Shown: positions 1 to 8,874 of the stretch, piece by piece
Numbering within the stretch: the stretch's first letter is position 1
Layout of the letters: every line of letters starts with the position of its first letter
DNA from: Candidatus Bathyarchaeota archaeon
Lineage (GTDB): Archaea > Thermoproteota > Bathyarchaeia > Bathyarchaeales > Bathycorpusculaceae
Assembly: GCA_963733095.1 (NCBI GenBank)
Contig: CAVTBV010000012.1
Coordinates: 128,001-192,000, forward strand
Length of the DNA stretch: 64,000 nt
Direction: 5' to 3'
Program-made: the position numbers and the translations under genes
The notes under the pieces: model-generated
Databases searched by the model: none
What the model was told of the DNA's origin: nothing
What the model saw: the letters and a program-made list of their open reading frames with translations, nothing else

Positions 1-327
1 GAAATTGAGGAGCAGAGGCATAACGTCGTAGGCTTTGATATGGGTTGAGCCGTACTTGATTTTCCCAACTGACTTGCCGCGATAGGGCACGACCTCGACG
101 CTTCCAGATGGCAGCCACTCTTTGATCGCGCCGAGATCGCAGAGCATGTTGAAACCGTAAATTTCCTTAAGGGCACGGTTGTTGTTTAGAAAGCGTTTAA
201 GGTCATCAGAACTCTCAAGAAAGAAATGGTATTTTGCACCGTCAGAGAATTGGATGGAATGAACGCTCTCAGGGTCACCTGTGTGCCCCGTTGGAAGAAA
301 CTCTGAGTCAAAGCCGACGTACGACAT
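1..327 (-). CDS. Partial (runs off window) DEDD 3'-5' exonuclease domain, probably the N-terminus of a mobile-element family B DNA polymerase
   Basis: Not in ORF track. Hand translation from ATG 327: MSYVGFDSEFLPTG...KEIYGFNMLCDLGAIKEW...IKAYDVMPLLLNF. ExoI-like GFDSE, ExoII-like YGFNxxxDL and a downstream YD motif typical of proofreading domains; frame open to position 1. Confidence 0.65.
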   Translation of the reverse strand, partial: MSYVGFDSEFLPTGHTGDPESVHSIQFSDGAKYHFFLESSDDLKRFLNNNRALKEIYGFNMLCDLGAIKEWLPSGSVEVVPYRGKSVGKIKYGSTHIKAYDVMPLLLNF

Positions 328-476
328 GGCGGTATCCCATCCATATATACAGAGTTTGAAAAGTGGAAAATGGGGGATTTTGCTGTGTCCGTTCAGTGTT
401 TGTGGCGTGTTTTAGGGTTATCGGGTTTACCATGGCGAGCGTTTCTGTGGTAAGCATGTTGAATATTTGGCGCATT

Positions 477-908
477 TTACGTTTCAGCCTTATTTTGGGC
501 TTCTTTCAATTTTTCAATGTCTAAAGCTTTGGGTTCGGTGCCATATATAAGTCTCTTATTTTTAGAGGTGACGGTTTGCTCTCCCATAAACGAAGTAGGT
601 TTCAAGTATATCTTTCGAATTCCTGTTTTTCCGCAATTAGGACAACCCATGTAAAACAATAATGCATAGAGTTTTTGTTTCCCTTCAGCATCTTGTGGAT
701 ATGGACTAAAGTCAACTTGCAACACATCAAGCATAGTCTCGCAATCTTCGCAAGCAAAATGGAAATGATCGGTAGAATCATAAGTGGGAATAAAATCACT
801 GCTACCCTCGCTTAAAACAACATTAACGGCTCGATAGATTGTTTTAGTTGTTTTCGGTGCTATTGGCTTTTTGAGAGGTTTATTTTGATTATATCGTTCA
901 TACTTCAT
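477..908 (-). CDS. Hypothetical zinc-ribbon protein
   Basis: 143 aa with CEDC and CPNC motifs. Confidence 0.6.
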   Translation of the reverse strand: MKYERYNQNKPLKKPIAPKTTKTIYRAVNVVLSEGSSDFIPTYDSTDHFHFACEDCETMLDVLQVDFSPYPQDAEGKQKLYALLFYMGCPNCGKTGIRKIYLKPTSFMGEQTVTSKNKRLIYGTEPKALDIEKLKEAQNKAET

Positions 909-917
909 TCTTTCACT

Positions 918-1166
918 TCACCAAATGTACGGTTTATGTTGGAAAACTTCGCAGTTTCCGCAAGAAGTGGCACCCGTGCAAGTTTTCTTTGGGTTGTATT
1001 TGCATGCTTTTGGCAATCGCTGTTTTAGTTTTTGTTCAAGCGCTAAAACTGAGGATTCAAGTTTTTGAATTTCTTGTTTAAGGGTTGTTCGGTTGGTTAG
1101 CTTACCACACCCCACGTAAGGAACCGAGTTTCCACATTTATCACACGGTTTTTTGCCGCATGTCAT
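918..1166 (-). CDS. Small Cys-rich protein with central coiled coil
   Basis: CDKC and CGNC motifs, LKQEIQKLESSVLALEQKL heptads; 4-bp overlap with upstream ORF. Confidence 0.55.
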   Translation of the reverse strand: MTCGKKPCDKCGNSVPYVGCGKLTNRTTLKQEIQKLESSVLALEQKLKQRLPKACKYNPKKTCTGATSCGNCEVFQHKPYIW

Positions 1167-1765
1167 GGGGATTCTGCCACCATTTTTAAGATCAGTTTCA
1201 TTTCTTGAATCGTGTTGCTTGATGCGGTCACTGTGATTGGTCTGCTCTTTTCCATTGTGATGATTTGGTCATATGTAAGAGTCTTCATGTCGAAGGTGAC
1301 AGATTCAGCAATAGGGGTTTTGAGGGTTATTACGGTTGATGATAAAGGATAGAATGCATTTGGTGCGAAATCGAATGCGACACGGAACTTTGATAGCTTT
1401 TTGATTGTTGCAGTAACGTATTCTCTTTCAGTGTTTTGTTTCTCGATGAGGTCATTTCGCTGCTTCATTTTTATTATTGGTGGAATCAATGCCATTGTTG
1501 CTTCAAGTTCCGCTATGAACGGCGTTAAACAGGGGTTGCGACGGACTTGTTTCAGATTTTTTAGAAGGTAGCGAAGATGCATATGTAAGTCTTCTACTTC
1601 CTGTGTTTTTCTTGAGTTTAAGAGGTTGTTTAGTTCCGAGTCGGTTAGCGCTAATATATCCATGTCCATTAAAGGTTGCTGCAACCTAAATTTCTCCATT
1701 GGGTTTAACTGGGGCTTTGCGGTTATCAGTCGGAAGCGTGTCGTTTGGATAGGTTTCTGGAACAA
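1163..1765 (-). CDS. Hypothetical protein (start uncertain, possibly MEKFRL near 1699)
   Basis: 200-aa ORF translationally coupled to 918..1166. Confidence 0.55.
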   Translation of the reverse strand: MFQKPIQTTRFRLITAKPQLNPMEKFRLQQPLMDMDILALTDSELNNLLNSRKTQEVEDLHMHLRYLLKNLKQVRRNPCLTPFIAELEATMALIPPIIKMKQRNDLIEKQNTEREYVTATIKKLSKFRVAFDFAPNAFYPLSSTVITLKTPIAESVTFDMKTLTYDQIITMEKSRPITVTASSNTIQEMKLILKMVAESP

Positions 1766-1868
1766 AAGGTTCTGGGTTCATGTTTGCAGAGGTGGGAACT
1801 GGGTTGCTACTATCTACTAAGAGGGTTTCGGGTTGTTGAATTGGTTTATTGTTTTTACTCATTTTCAT
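1686..1868 (-). CDS. Small Pro-rich hypothetical protein
   Basis: First ORF of the leftward unit, preceded by GAGGTGA RBS on the minus strand. Confidence 0.4.
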   Translation of the reverse strand: MKMSKNNKPIQQPETLLVDSSNPVPTSANMNPEPFVPETYPNDTLPTDNRKAPVKPNGEI

Positions 1869-2066
1869 TCACCTCTTTCATATAATTCTCGATCGCTTTT
1901 CGTACTACTGAGCGAATAGAGGTTTGTTGATCAATGGCTTTATTCATTAAAGCCTTGTAGGTTTCTAAGGGCAAAATCGTTTGAACATTCTTTTTCATAG
2001 AACTCATACAGTTCATATTTTCACCATTGCATTCAGTAATGCTTATATTGTTAGATAAGGTTAAAC

Positions 2067-2100
2067 TCGAACAGGTGTTCGAAATAGAACAGGTGTTCTA
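2067..2100. promoter_or_regulatory. Tandem 16-bp palindromic operators TCGAACA-GG-TGTTCGA (2067-2082) and TAGAACA-GG-TGTTCTA (2085-2100)
   Basis: Read directly; lie between a TATA-like TTATAT (~2043) and the start of HTH ORF 2103. Confidence 0.7.
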
Positions 2101-2102
2101 CT

Positions 2103-2777
2103 TTGGTTGACCTTAGAACTTTGCCTTTAGACCAATTAGCAGCCATAATGGGTACGAACGAATATGACGCAATGAAGTATGTGGAATATGTAGAAAAGAA
2201 TCATAATGGTATAATACCAGTGATTGAAAGGTTCCCAAAAAAAGAAGCAAAAAAGAGGGAAACAATTTTTAAGATTTTAGATAGTTTACCATGCACTCAA
2301 GCAGTGGCAAGCCGAAAAACAGGGCTTTCCAAATCTATAATAAATGACTATCTAAAGAAATTAGAGACAGTAGAAATCGATAAAGATCTCGGCTTGGATA
2401 AAATTGGCGCTGTTAAAAAACTCAGAGATAATTATTGTGAAATGGATGTTTATTTTAATTCTTTATTACTAAACTCAAAACGAACAAAACCAGATGCTGA
2501 AAATAAAGAGAAAATATGGGAAATGTGGCACACCAGAGATGAGTATAAAATTGCCTCTTTTGTAGAGAACAAACTTAACAGTGCAATTAGGCTAAACTTG
2601 AAAGGTAAAACTTGGATTAAGGTAGTACCACTCAAGAAGGTTAAAAAAGAGGTAGTAAAAACCGAGAAGGTTGAAAAGCAGATAATTCCTAATGCAAAAG
2701 CTCAACAAAAAGCGATTGAAAACTTTAAGAAAACCCATGTTGCAATACCGTGGACGCTGTTGGAAGAAGATATTTGA
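2103..2777 (+). CDS. HTH-containing putative regulator of the mobile element
   Basis: IFKILDSLPCTQAVASRKTGLSKSIINDYLKKLE resembles a winged-HTH; divergent from the leftward operon. Confidence 0.6.
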   Translation: MVDLRTLPLDQLAAIMGTNEYDAMKYVEYVEKNHNGIIPVIERFPKKEAKKRETIFKILDSLPCTQAVASRKTGLSKSIINDYLKKLETVEIDKDLGLDKIGAVKKLRDNYCEMDVYFNSLLLNSKRTKPDAENKEKIWEMWHTRDEYKIASFVENKLNSAIRLNLKGKTWIKVVPLKKVKKEVVKTEKVEKQIIPNAKAQQKAIENFKKTHVAIPWTLLEEDI

Positions 2778-3093
2778 GCGACATTGGGATAAGGAGATGT
2801 TTTTTCACAGAAAAACCTTCAATTAAAAACTTCGAAGCTAAGACTTAAAAGAACTTTCCAACATAGCCACAACTATTCTCCCAAACTGTAACTTATGCGC
2901 TAACATACCTGAAACTTGTGGATGCCAAGAAGAGGGCTGCTCAAGGTTTACACCTAACTTTGTAAAAAACCAATACCAAATAATTAAACCAATGAAATCT
3001 CAAAGAATGCAAAAAGAAAAGAAAACAGATTATACACCACTCGTAAGAATCGTTTTTGTTTTAGGTTTGGGGTTGATTCTTTTGAAGTTGGCT

Positions 3094-3267
3094 TTAGGCT
3101 GAAAAGGAATCTTTAGCTTTTCGGATCAATTCCACATCCTGATTTATTTCTTCATAATTCTTTCTAATTCTAAGTTTTAGCATGCGAAAACTGTTGGAAG
3201 TTTTCCCAGAACTTAAGTAATCCTTTAGCATTTCGCGCTCTTTATTGCTCAATAAACGTTTATGCAT
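3094..3267 (-). CDS. Small basic helical hypothetical protein (57 aa)
   Basis: MHKRLLSNKEREMLKDYL...; TATA-like element ~25 bp upstream flanked by direct repeats; shorter than the ORF-track call 3094..3408. Confidence 0.55.
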   Translation of the reverse strand: MHKRLLSNKEREMLKDYLSSGKTSNSFRMLKLRIRKNYEEINQDVELIRKAKDSFSA

Positions 3268-3419
3268 AAAGTCACTAATTACGTAACGCTTATATCTGCT
3301 TGCCGTCACTAAATACGTTATGGTGAACCCTTTGGAAAATTCAAAAGCACAAGCAACCAATAGGATAGGTTTGTTATGGAAAAGTGTTAAGCCATTACAG
3401 CCTTCCAAATAGGTTCGAG

Positions 3420-3713
3420 CTAGCCGCCCCCTACAGGCGGAAGAACTGCTAAGACATCGCCGTTTTTAAGCTCTGTTTCCAGACCGTTGAGGGTTGAGGC
3501 GCTTGTTCCGTTAATGAGGAACTGAAGAAAATTCTTGGGCTCCCCCGTTTTAGCGTCATAAACGTATCCGGTGAAGGGGGCACCATATTTTTTGGAGAGA
3601 AGTTTAAGAACCAAATCAACAGTGACCTTTTCGCCGTTCGCAAACGGCAGGGTTTCTTCTCTTTGACCAACTATTTCTCTGAGGTTTGTGAAGAATCGAA
3701 CTTTAACTTCCAA
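3420..3713 (-). CDS. MoaD/ThiS-family ubiquitin-like small archaeal modifier (SAMP)
   Basis: Beta-grasp pattern VKVRFF...LKNGDVLAVLPPVGGG with C-terminal GG. Confidence 0.9.
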   Translation of the reverse strand: MEVKVRFFTNLREIVGQREETLPFANGEKVTVDLVLKLLSKKYGAPFTGYVYDAKTGEPKNFLQFLINGTSASTLNGLETELKNGDVLAVLPPVGGG

Positions 3714-3987
3714 TTTTTGGCACCAACAGAATATTGAAAATTGAAGAAATTAACCATTATGCATATGGATGTAGAAACGGCTTGGTACCACAAAGCTTTA
3801 TCCGCCAAAGAAACGGCCTTTCTAATCAAAAGCTCATAAAAGAAGCCCCAAAAGTCGGGTTTTTAGGCCGCCGATGGATGAAGCTATCGACCCAAGCCAC
3901 GATACCAATATAAAAAAGCAACAAAACTAGCTTTCCAACAAGTTTTAAACCGAACTTGATTGTTAACAGTAGACAGAAGGCTCACGC

Positions 3988-4755
3988 ATGATACTTAGCT
4001 TGTCGAACGGGATTTTCAGTAAACTGCCTTTAAACGAGAACTTTGCAGCAGTTAAGCAGCTGGGTTTTGAAAACATCGAGTTTAACATGAAATCCATCAA
4101 AAAAGAGCACGACACCGACGTTTATCGGGAACAGAAAGCGCTGGCTGCTTCAGGCTTGAATTGCTTGACGCTTCATTCAGCAGTCATGCATGTGAAAGAC
4201 CCCATCGAAGTTCACCAAGCGGTTTACTATGGAAAAATTTCGCTGGAATGCGCCCGCGCGCTCCACACATCAATTATGACCGTGCACTCTAATGTTTCTA
4301 AGAAGCTTTCCAAACCAGTCAGGGAAAGATGTCTCCGCGAGGTTTTTGGGGAAATCAAGCCGTTTGCGAAGAGTTTAGGCATCAAACTGTCTTTAGAGAA
4401 CTTATCCTACACGTCGACTGGGTTTGGCAAGAACGTTGAGCAGCTCGACGAAGTTCTCGGCGTCATCGACCCTGAGGGTGAGATGGGGCTAACGTTTGAT
4501 TTGTGCCATGCCCTTGAAACTAAAGAAGTCGATAATTTACTTGAGGCTTATGGCAGGCGCGTCTGCAACGTTCACATGGCAAACAAAGCCCACCAACCCT
4601 TCACAGAAGAAAAACCTGAACTGACAAATTTCTTGTCGAAGTTGCATGGATTCGGCTATCAGGGTCCGATTACGTTGGAACTCGAACGTAAAACATCCAT
4701 GGAAGAAATCGCCAAAACCAAATCCTTATTCGAAAAACTGCTCGAGATATGTTAG
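3988..4755 (+). CDS. Sugar phosphate isomerase/epimerase (xylose isomerase-like TIM barrel)
   Basis: GFENIE, LSLEN, TFDLCH, NVH, ITLE motifs. Confidence 0.85.
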   Translation: MILSLSNGIFSKLPLNENFAAVKQLGFENIEFNMKSIKKEHDTDVYREQKALAASGLNCLTLHSAVMHVKDPIEVHQAVYYGKISLECARALHTSIMTVHSNVSKKLSKPVRERCLREVFGEIKPFAKSLGIKLSLENLSYTSTGFGKNVEQLDEVLGVIDPEGEMGLTFDLCHALETKEVDNLLEAYGRRVCNVHMANKAHQPFTEEKPELTNFLSKLHGFGYQGPITLELERKTSMEEIAKTKSLFEKLLEIC

Positions 4756-4867
4756 TGAGCCAGCGGTTTTATGTCATTTCTGCTCGGTCTTTATCTGAAA
4801 GTTTTTTTCAACTTTTTTGGTCACATTTTTAAACCTCTTAATTGAATATTAGTTAATAGCATTTACA

Positions 4868-7219
4868 GTGGAGAGCATAAAAGACTCAATGATTCCTAAA
4901 AACGTGGGTTCACGGACTGTAAATGAAAAACCGGGAAACGCAAGCCCAAACGTAGCTGGCGCAAAAAAGTCAGGTTACATTCGAAATGCCGCTATCGTAA
5001 TCGGCACCGCGATAAGTTTGGGAGCGCTATATTATTTGAGTCGCCAAAACTACTTGCTCTTCCACAGCATCGTAGAAATCTTTAGCATAGTCATTGCCTT
5101 CGCCATCTTCGCCATAGCATGGAACAATAGACACTTAATAGACAACAATTATTTCATCTTCATCGGCATCGCATTTCTCTTCGTAGCTGGATTAGACGTA
5201 TTTCACACTTTAGCATACAACGGAATGGGAGTTTTCTTAAACTTCACGGGTTCTGGTCCTAATCTTGCGACGCAACTTTGGATTGCAACAAGATACGTGC
5301 TGAGCTTCTCCTTCTTGATTCCCCTGCTGTTCACTCAACGCAAGATTAAACCAAGCCTGATTATCGTCGGTTACAGTGCAGTTTCGGCCGTGCTTTTAGC
5401 GTCGATTTTTGTTTGGCAAAATTTTCCGGTCGCATTCGGGACCAATGGGTTGACAGCGTTCAAGATTGGAAGCGAATACGCCATCGCGGTCACAATCTTG
5501 GCAGCCATTGGCTTGCTGGTTAAAAAACGCAGAGAATTCAGCCCCGACATCTACAGGCTGCTTTTAGTCGCTATGGCATTAGCTGTTGCAACTGAAATGG
5601 CGTTTACCTTATACACAGACGTCTACGGCATCGCAAACGTAGTAGGACACCTCTTAAACGTGGTCTCCTTCTACTTCATCTACCGGGCCCTAGTCGAAAC
5701 TAGCCTAACTAAACCATACAACCTCTTATTCCGCAACCTAAAACAAAGCGAAACCAGATTGGCAAATCATGCCCAAGAGCTAACATATGTAAACGAGAAG
5801 TTGGAAAAAGAGATAGCTGAACGGGAAGCTACCGAGAAAGCACTCAGGGAAAGCGAAGAACGACTACAATTAAAACTGGATTCCGTGCTCTCCCCTGACG
5901 TGGAATTAGCTGAAGAAGATATAGCCAACATCATAGATGTGTCAAGACTGCAAGCAACGATGGACCACCTCTTCACAGTAACAAAGATGGGGTTTGCGTT
6001 AGTTGACCTGAAAGGAAATGTACTTGTAAGCACAGGTTGGCAAGAGATATGCACTAAATTTCACCGCATCAACCCGTTAACCTGCAAAAACTGTATAGAA
6101 AGCGATCTTGAACTCACCAGCGGACTTGAAAGTGGCGAAATCCGCCTTTACAAATGCAAAAATAGCATGTGGGATGTAGCCACACCACTGTTCATCGGCG
6201 ACAAAAGAGTAGCCAACGTTTTCTTTGGACAATTCTTCTTTAGCGACGAGAAAGTAGACCGAGAAATATTTGCTGCTCAAGCAAAAAAGTATGGCTTTAA
6301 CAAAGAGGAGTACCTTGCGGCGTTCGACAGGGTTCCAAGGTTAACCAGAGAAAAAATCCAGGACCTCATGGTTTTCTATTCTAGAATGTCAGAGCTAATT
6401 TCAAAAATAAGCCATTCTAACCTAAAGTTAGCCAAGTCTCTCTATAACCAAAAAGAGCTACAGGGAAAGCTTGAGGAAAAAGCGAGGGAAGTAGAAGAGT
6501 ATGCTTCTCAAATGGAGCAATTAGCGGATGAGAGGGCACAAAAACTCAAGGATGCTGAGCGCATGGTGGCGATTGGGCAGACTGCGGGGATGGTGGGTCA
6601 TGATATCCGCAACCCTTTGCAGGCAATAACAAGCGAGTTGTACCTCGAAAAACTGGAAATTGCTACTCTTCCAGAAGGAAAAGTAAAAGAAAACCTGACG
6701 GAAAGCTTCTGCAGCATTGAAGAAAGCTTGGTTTACATAAACAAGATTGTCGCAGACCTACAAGACTACGCTAGACCATTAAAGCCAAAGAAGGAATTTG
6801 TAGCGGCTGAAAACGCCATCAAGGATTCCTTGTCGATGGTGACAATTCCCGAAAACATCCAAACCTCAATTTCAACTCAAGAAAACCTGCCCATCCTAAT
6901 GGTTGATTCCACAATGATTAAACGGGTCCTTGTGAACCTCATCCAAAATGCCGTGCAAGCCATGCCTAAAGGCGGAAACCTAACGATAAATGCCAGCAGC
7001 CAAAAACGCCAAGTAACAATCGAGGTCGAAGACACAGGAGAAGGAATACCCATGGAAGTTCAGGGCAAACTGTTCATGCCTTTGGTTACTTCAAAATCTA
7101 AGGGTCAAGGCTTCGGCTTAGCGGTTGTTAAGAGAATGGTGGAAGCCATGGATGGAACAGTCACTTTCGAGACGGAACAGAGAAAAGGAACCAAATTCTC
7201 TCTACAATTTCTAACCTAA
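4868..7219 (+). CDS. Sensor histidine kinase (MASE3 membrane domain + PocR sensor + HisKA/HATPase)
   Basis: YLLFHSIVEIFS...HTLAY.GMGVF (MASE3); GWQEICTKFHR...NCIESD...YKCKNSMWDVATP (PocR); HDIRNPL, NAVQAM, DTGEG, GQGFGL. Confidence 0.92.
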   Translation: MESIKDSMIPKNVGSRTVNEKPGNASPNVAGAKKSGYIRNAAIVIGTAISLGALYYLSRQNYLLFHSIVEIFSIVIAFAIFAIAWNNRHLIDNNYFIFIGIAFLFVAGLDVFHTLAYNGMGVFLNFTGSGPNLATQLWIATRYVLSFSFLIPLLFTQRKIKPSLIIVGYSAVSAVLLASIFVWQNFPVAFGTNGLTAFKIGSEYAIAVTILAAIGLLVKKRREFSPDIYRLLLVAMALAVATEMAFTLYTDVYGIANVVGHLLNVVSFYFIYRALVETSLTKPYNLLFRNLKQSETRLANHAQELTYVNEKLEKEIAEREATEKALRESEERLQLKLDSVLSPDVELAEEDIANIIDVSRLQATMDHLFTVTKMGFALVDLKGNVLVSTGWQEICTKFHRINPLTCKNCIESDLELTSGLESGEIRLYKCKNSMWDVATPLFIGDKRVANVFFGQFFFSDEKVDREIFAAQAKKYGFNKEEYLAAFDRVPRLTREKIQDLMVFYSRMSELISKISHSNLKLAKSLYNQKELQGKLEEKAREVEEYASQMEQLADERAQKLKDAERMVAIGQTAGMVGHDIRNPLQAITSELYLEKLEIATLPEGKVKENLTESFCSIEESLVYINKIVADLQDYARPLKPKKEFVAAENAIKDSLSMVTIPENIQTSISTQENLPILMVDSTMIKRVLVNLIQNAVQAMPKGGNLTINASSQKRQVTIEVEDTGEGIPMEVQGKLFMPLVTSKSKGQGFGLAVVKRMVEAMDGTVTFETEQRKGTKFSLQFLT

Positions 7220-7220
7220 A

Positions 7221-8072
7221 CTATTTTTTGAAAGATACAGCCGCGTAGCCAACCACGCTTGAGTGGTCGCCTGTGATGTCCCCGCTGTTATGGTAGCTTA
7301 AAAGTTGAGCTTTAGCACATATTCCAACGCCATAGGTGATTAGGGAAGTTATTGGTGCATATCCGCAGGCGGTTATGTTTTGGGTTTCAACAGTTTCGTA
7401 GAAGCGTTTGGCATCCATGTCTGTGACAGCTTGGAGTGCAGCTTGGTCTTTGGCGGCTGCCGCTTGGGCTGGTTCGTAGTGGGTCATGTCAGATGAAGCG
7501 ATGACTACGGTGTTTGTGGCGTCTAAGGCTTCCACGAGTGCGCGTCCAACCTCAAGGGCGGAGTCGTAATCCTGCATCAAAAAGCAGAGTGGCACAATTT
7601 TGAATGAGCTGCCGTAGAGAAACTGGAGGAACGGCAATTGCACCTCGATCGAATGCTCATAGCGGTGCGCAACCTCGTCCACGTCGACAACGCTGGTTTC
7701 ATGGAGTATCGCGTCAGCAATTTTTGAATCAACTTCGACATCGCCAAGCGGTGTTCGCCAGGCGCCTTCACGCATCAAGGATAATGCGCTGCCGTAGCCG
7801 GTGTGGTTGGGACCTAAAAGCACAACTGTATCAGGCTTGCCATCTATGGCTAACTCGTAAAAAGCATGGGCCGCCACGGGGCCAGAATAAGCGTAACCTG
7901 CGTGGGGACAAATTAAACCCACGATTTTTCGTGGGTGATTATGAAAATTGGTTTGGGGAAGTTTTCTTGGACCAAGTGAATGGAGAAAACAAGAGGTAAT
8001 TTGTCCTCTAAGCGCTTCGGCGTCGCCCTCATAAAATTGAGAAGCAACAACTGGACGCCGAATCGTTGGCAA
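7221..8072 (-). CDS. amrB: MEMO1 / AmmeMemoRadiSam protein B
   Basis: PHAGYAYSG, GPNHTG, EHSIEVQLPFLQ, SSDMTHY, TACG. Confidence 0.93.
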   Translation of the reverse strand: MPTIRRPVVASQFYEGDAEALRGQITSCFLHSLGPRKLPQTNFHNHPRKIVGLICPHAGYAYSGPVAAHAFYELAIDGKPDTVVLLGPNHTGYGSALSLMREGAWRTPLGDVEVDSKIADAILHETSVVDVDEVAHRYEHSIEVQLPFLQFLYGSSFKIVPLCFLMQDYDSALEVGRALVEALDATNTVVIASSDMTHYEPAQAAAAKDQAALQAVTDMDAKRFYETVETQNITACGYAPITSLITYGVGICAKAQLLSYHNSGDITGDHSSVVGYAAVSFKK

Positions 8073-8075
8073 AAA

Positions 8076-8858
8076 CTAGGGCTCCTCATCCTCTTCGCGT
8101 GTCACTTTGGCTTCAAAGTCTTCGATGCTCACCGGTGGGTCTCTGTCTGCGCCGAGTTCGCCGCGTTCGCGGAGTACCTGCCTTGCAAGTAGCCAGAATA
8201 CGACTGCTAAGGCGCGTCTGCCTTTGTTGTTGGTTGGGATTACTAGGTCTACGCCTGAGAATTCGTTGTCTGTACTGCATAAGGCTACAATTGGGATACC
8301 GACTTTGGATGCTTCTTTGACTGCCTGTGCATCGGCCCTTGGGTCGCATACGAGTATGACTTCGGGGTCGATGCGGCTTGAGTACTGTGGGTTGCTGAGT
8401 TGTCCCGGGATGAATCTGCCGATGAGTGGTGTTGCGCCTGTAAGCTTGCAGAACATTTTTACTGGTTCATGAGCGTAGAGTCTTGTTGCTGCAACTGCTA
8501 TTCTCGATGGTTCGTATCGTGAGAGGAATTTTCCTGTAACTCTTACGCGGTCATCTGTTTTTTTAACGTCTAAGACGAATAAGCCATCTGGGCGTACGCG
8601 GTAGATGAATGGTTCCATGTCAAGGGTTTTCATTCGGGTACCGATGTGTATTCCTGCGGAAAGCAAGGTGTCTCTGGGTAAAAGAAGCGTTTCTTCTGGA
8701 GCTGGAGCTTCAACGGTCTCTTCTTCAACCTCAACTTCCGCTTCAGGCTCAATGCTAACTTCTTCAGTTGTTTCTTCTTCCATGGGAGCCTCTACTTCTT
8801 CGGGTTCCGCAGGTTGGTCTTCAACTGATTGATTTTCTTTTCCTTCATCTTCAGACAT
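8076..8858 (-). CDS. rpsB: 30S ribosomal protein S2 (uS2) with acidic N-terminal extension
   Basis: AGIHIGT, GRFIPG, DPRADAQA, IPTNNKGRRAL. Confidence 0.96.
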   Translation of the reverse strand: MSEDEGKENQSVEDQPAEPEEVEAPMEEETTEEVSIEPEAEVEVEEETVEAPAPEETLLLPRDTLLSAGIHIGTRMKTLDMEPFIYRVRPDGLFVLDVKKTDDRVRVTGKFLSRYEPSRIAVAATRLYAHEPVKMFCKLTGATPLIGRFIPGQLSNPQYSSRIDPEVILVCDPRADAQAVKEASKVGIPIVALCSTDNEFSGVDLVIPTNNKGRRALAVVFWLLARQVLRERGELGADRDPPVSIEDFEAKVTREEDEEP

Positions 8859-8874
8859 TAGGTTTCATCTTCTC

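Larger units (their letters stand above)
1..3400. mobile_element. Right-hand part of a putative integrated mobile element (provirus, casposon or plasmid-like)
   Basis: Cluster of orphan, Cys-rich and HTH ORFs plus a polymerase-type exonuclease; mostly AT-rich; abuts the 3' end of the housekeeping SAMP/MoaD gene. Boundary approximate; no att site or TIR identified. Confidence 0.5.

Noticed and set aside
8076-8858. Acidic N-terminal extension of uS2
   Set aside because: Acidic extensions on archaeal uS2 are not unusual; not treated as novel.
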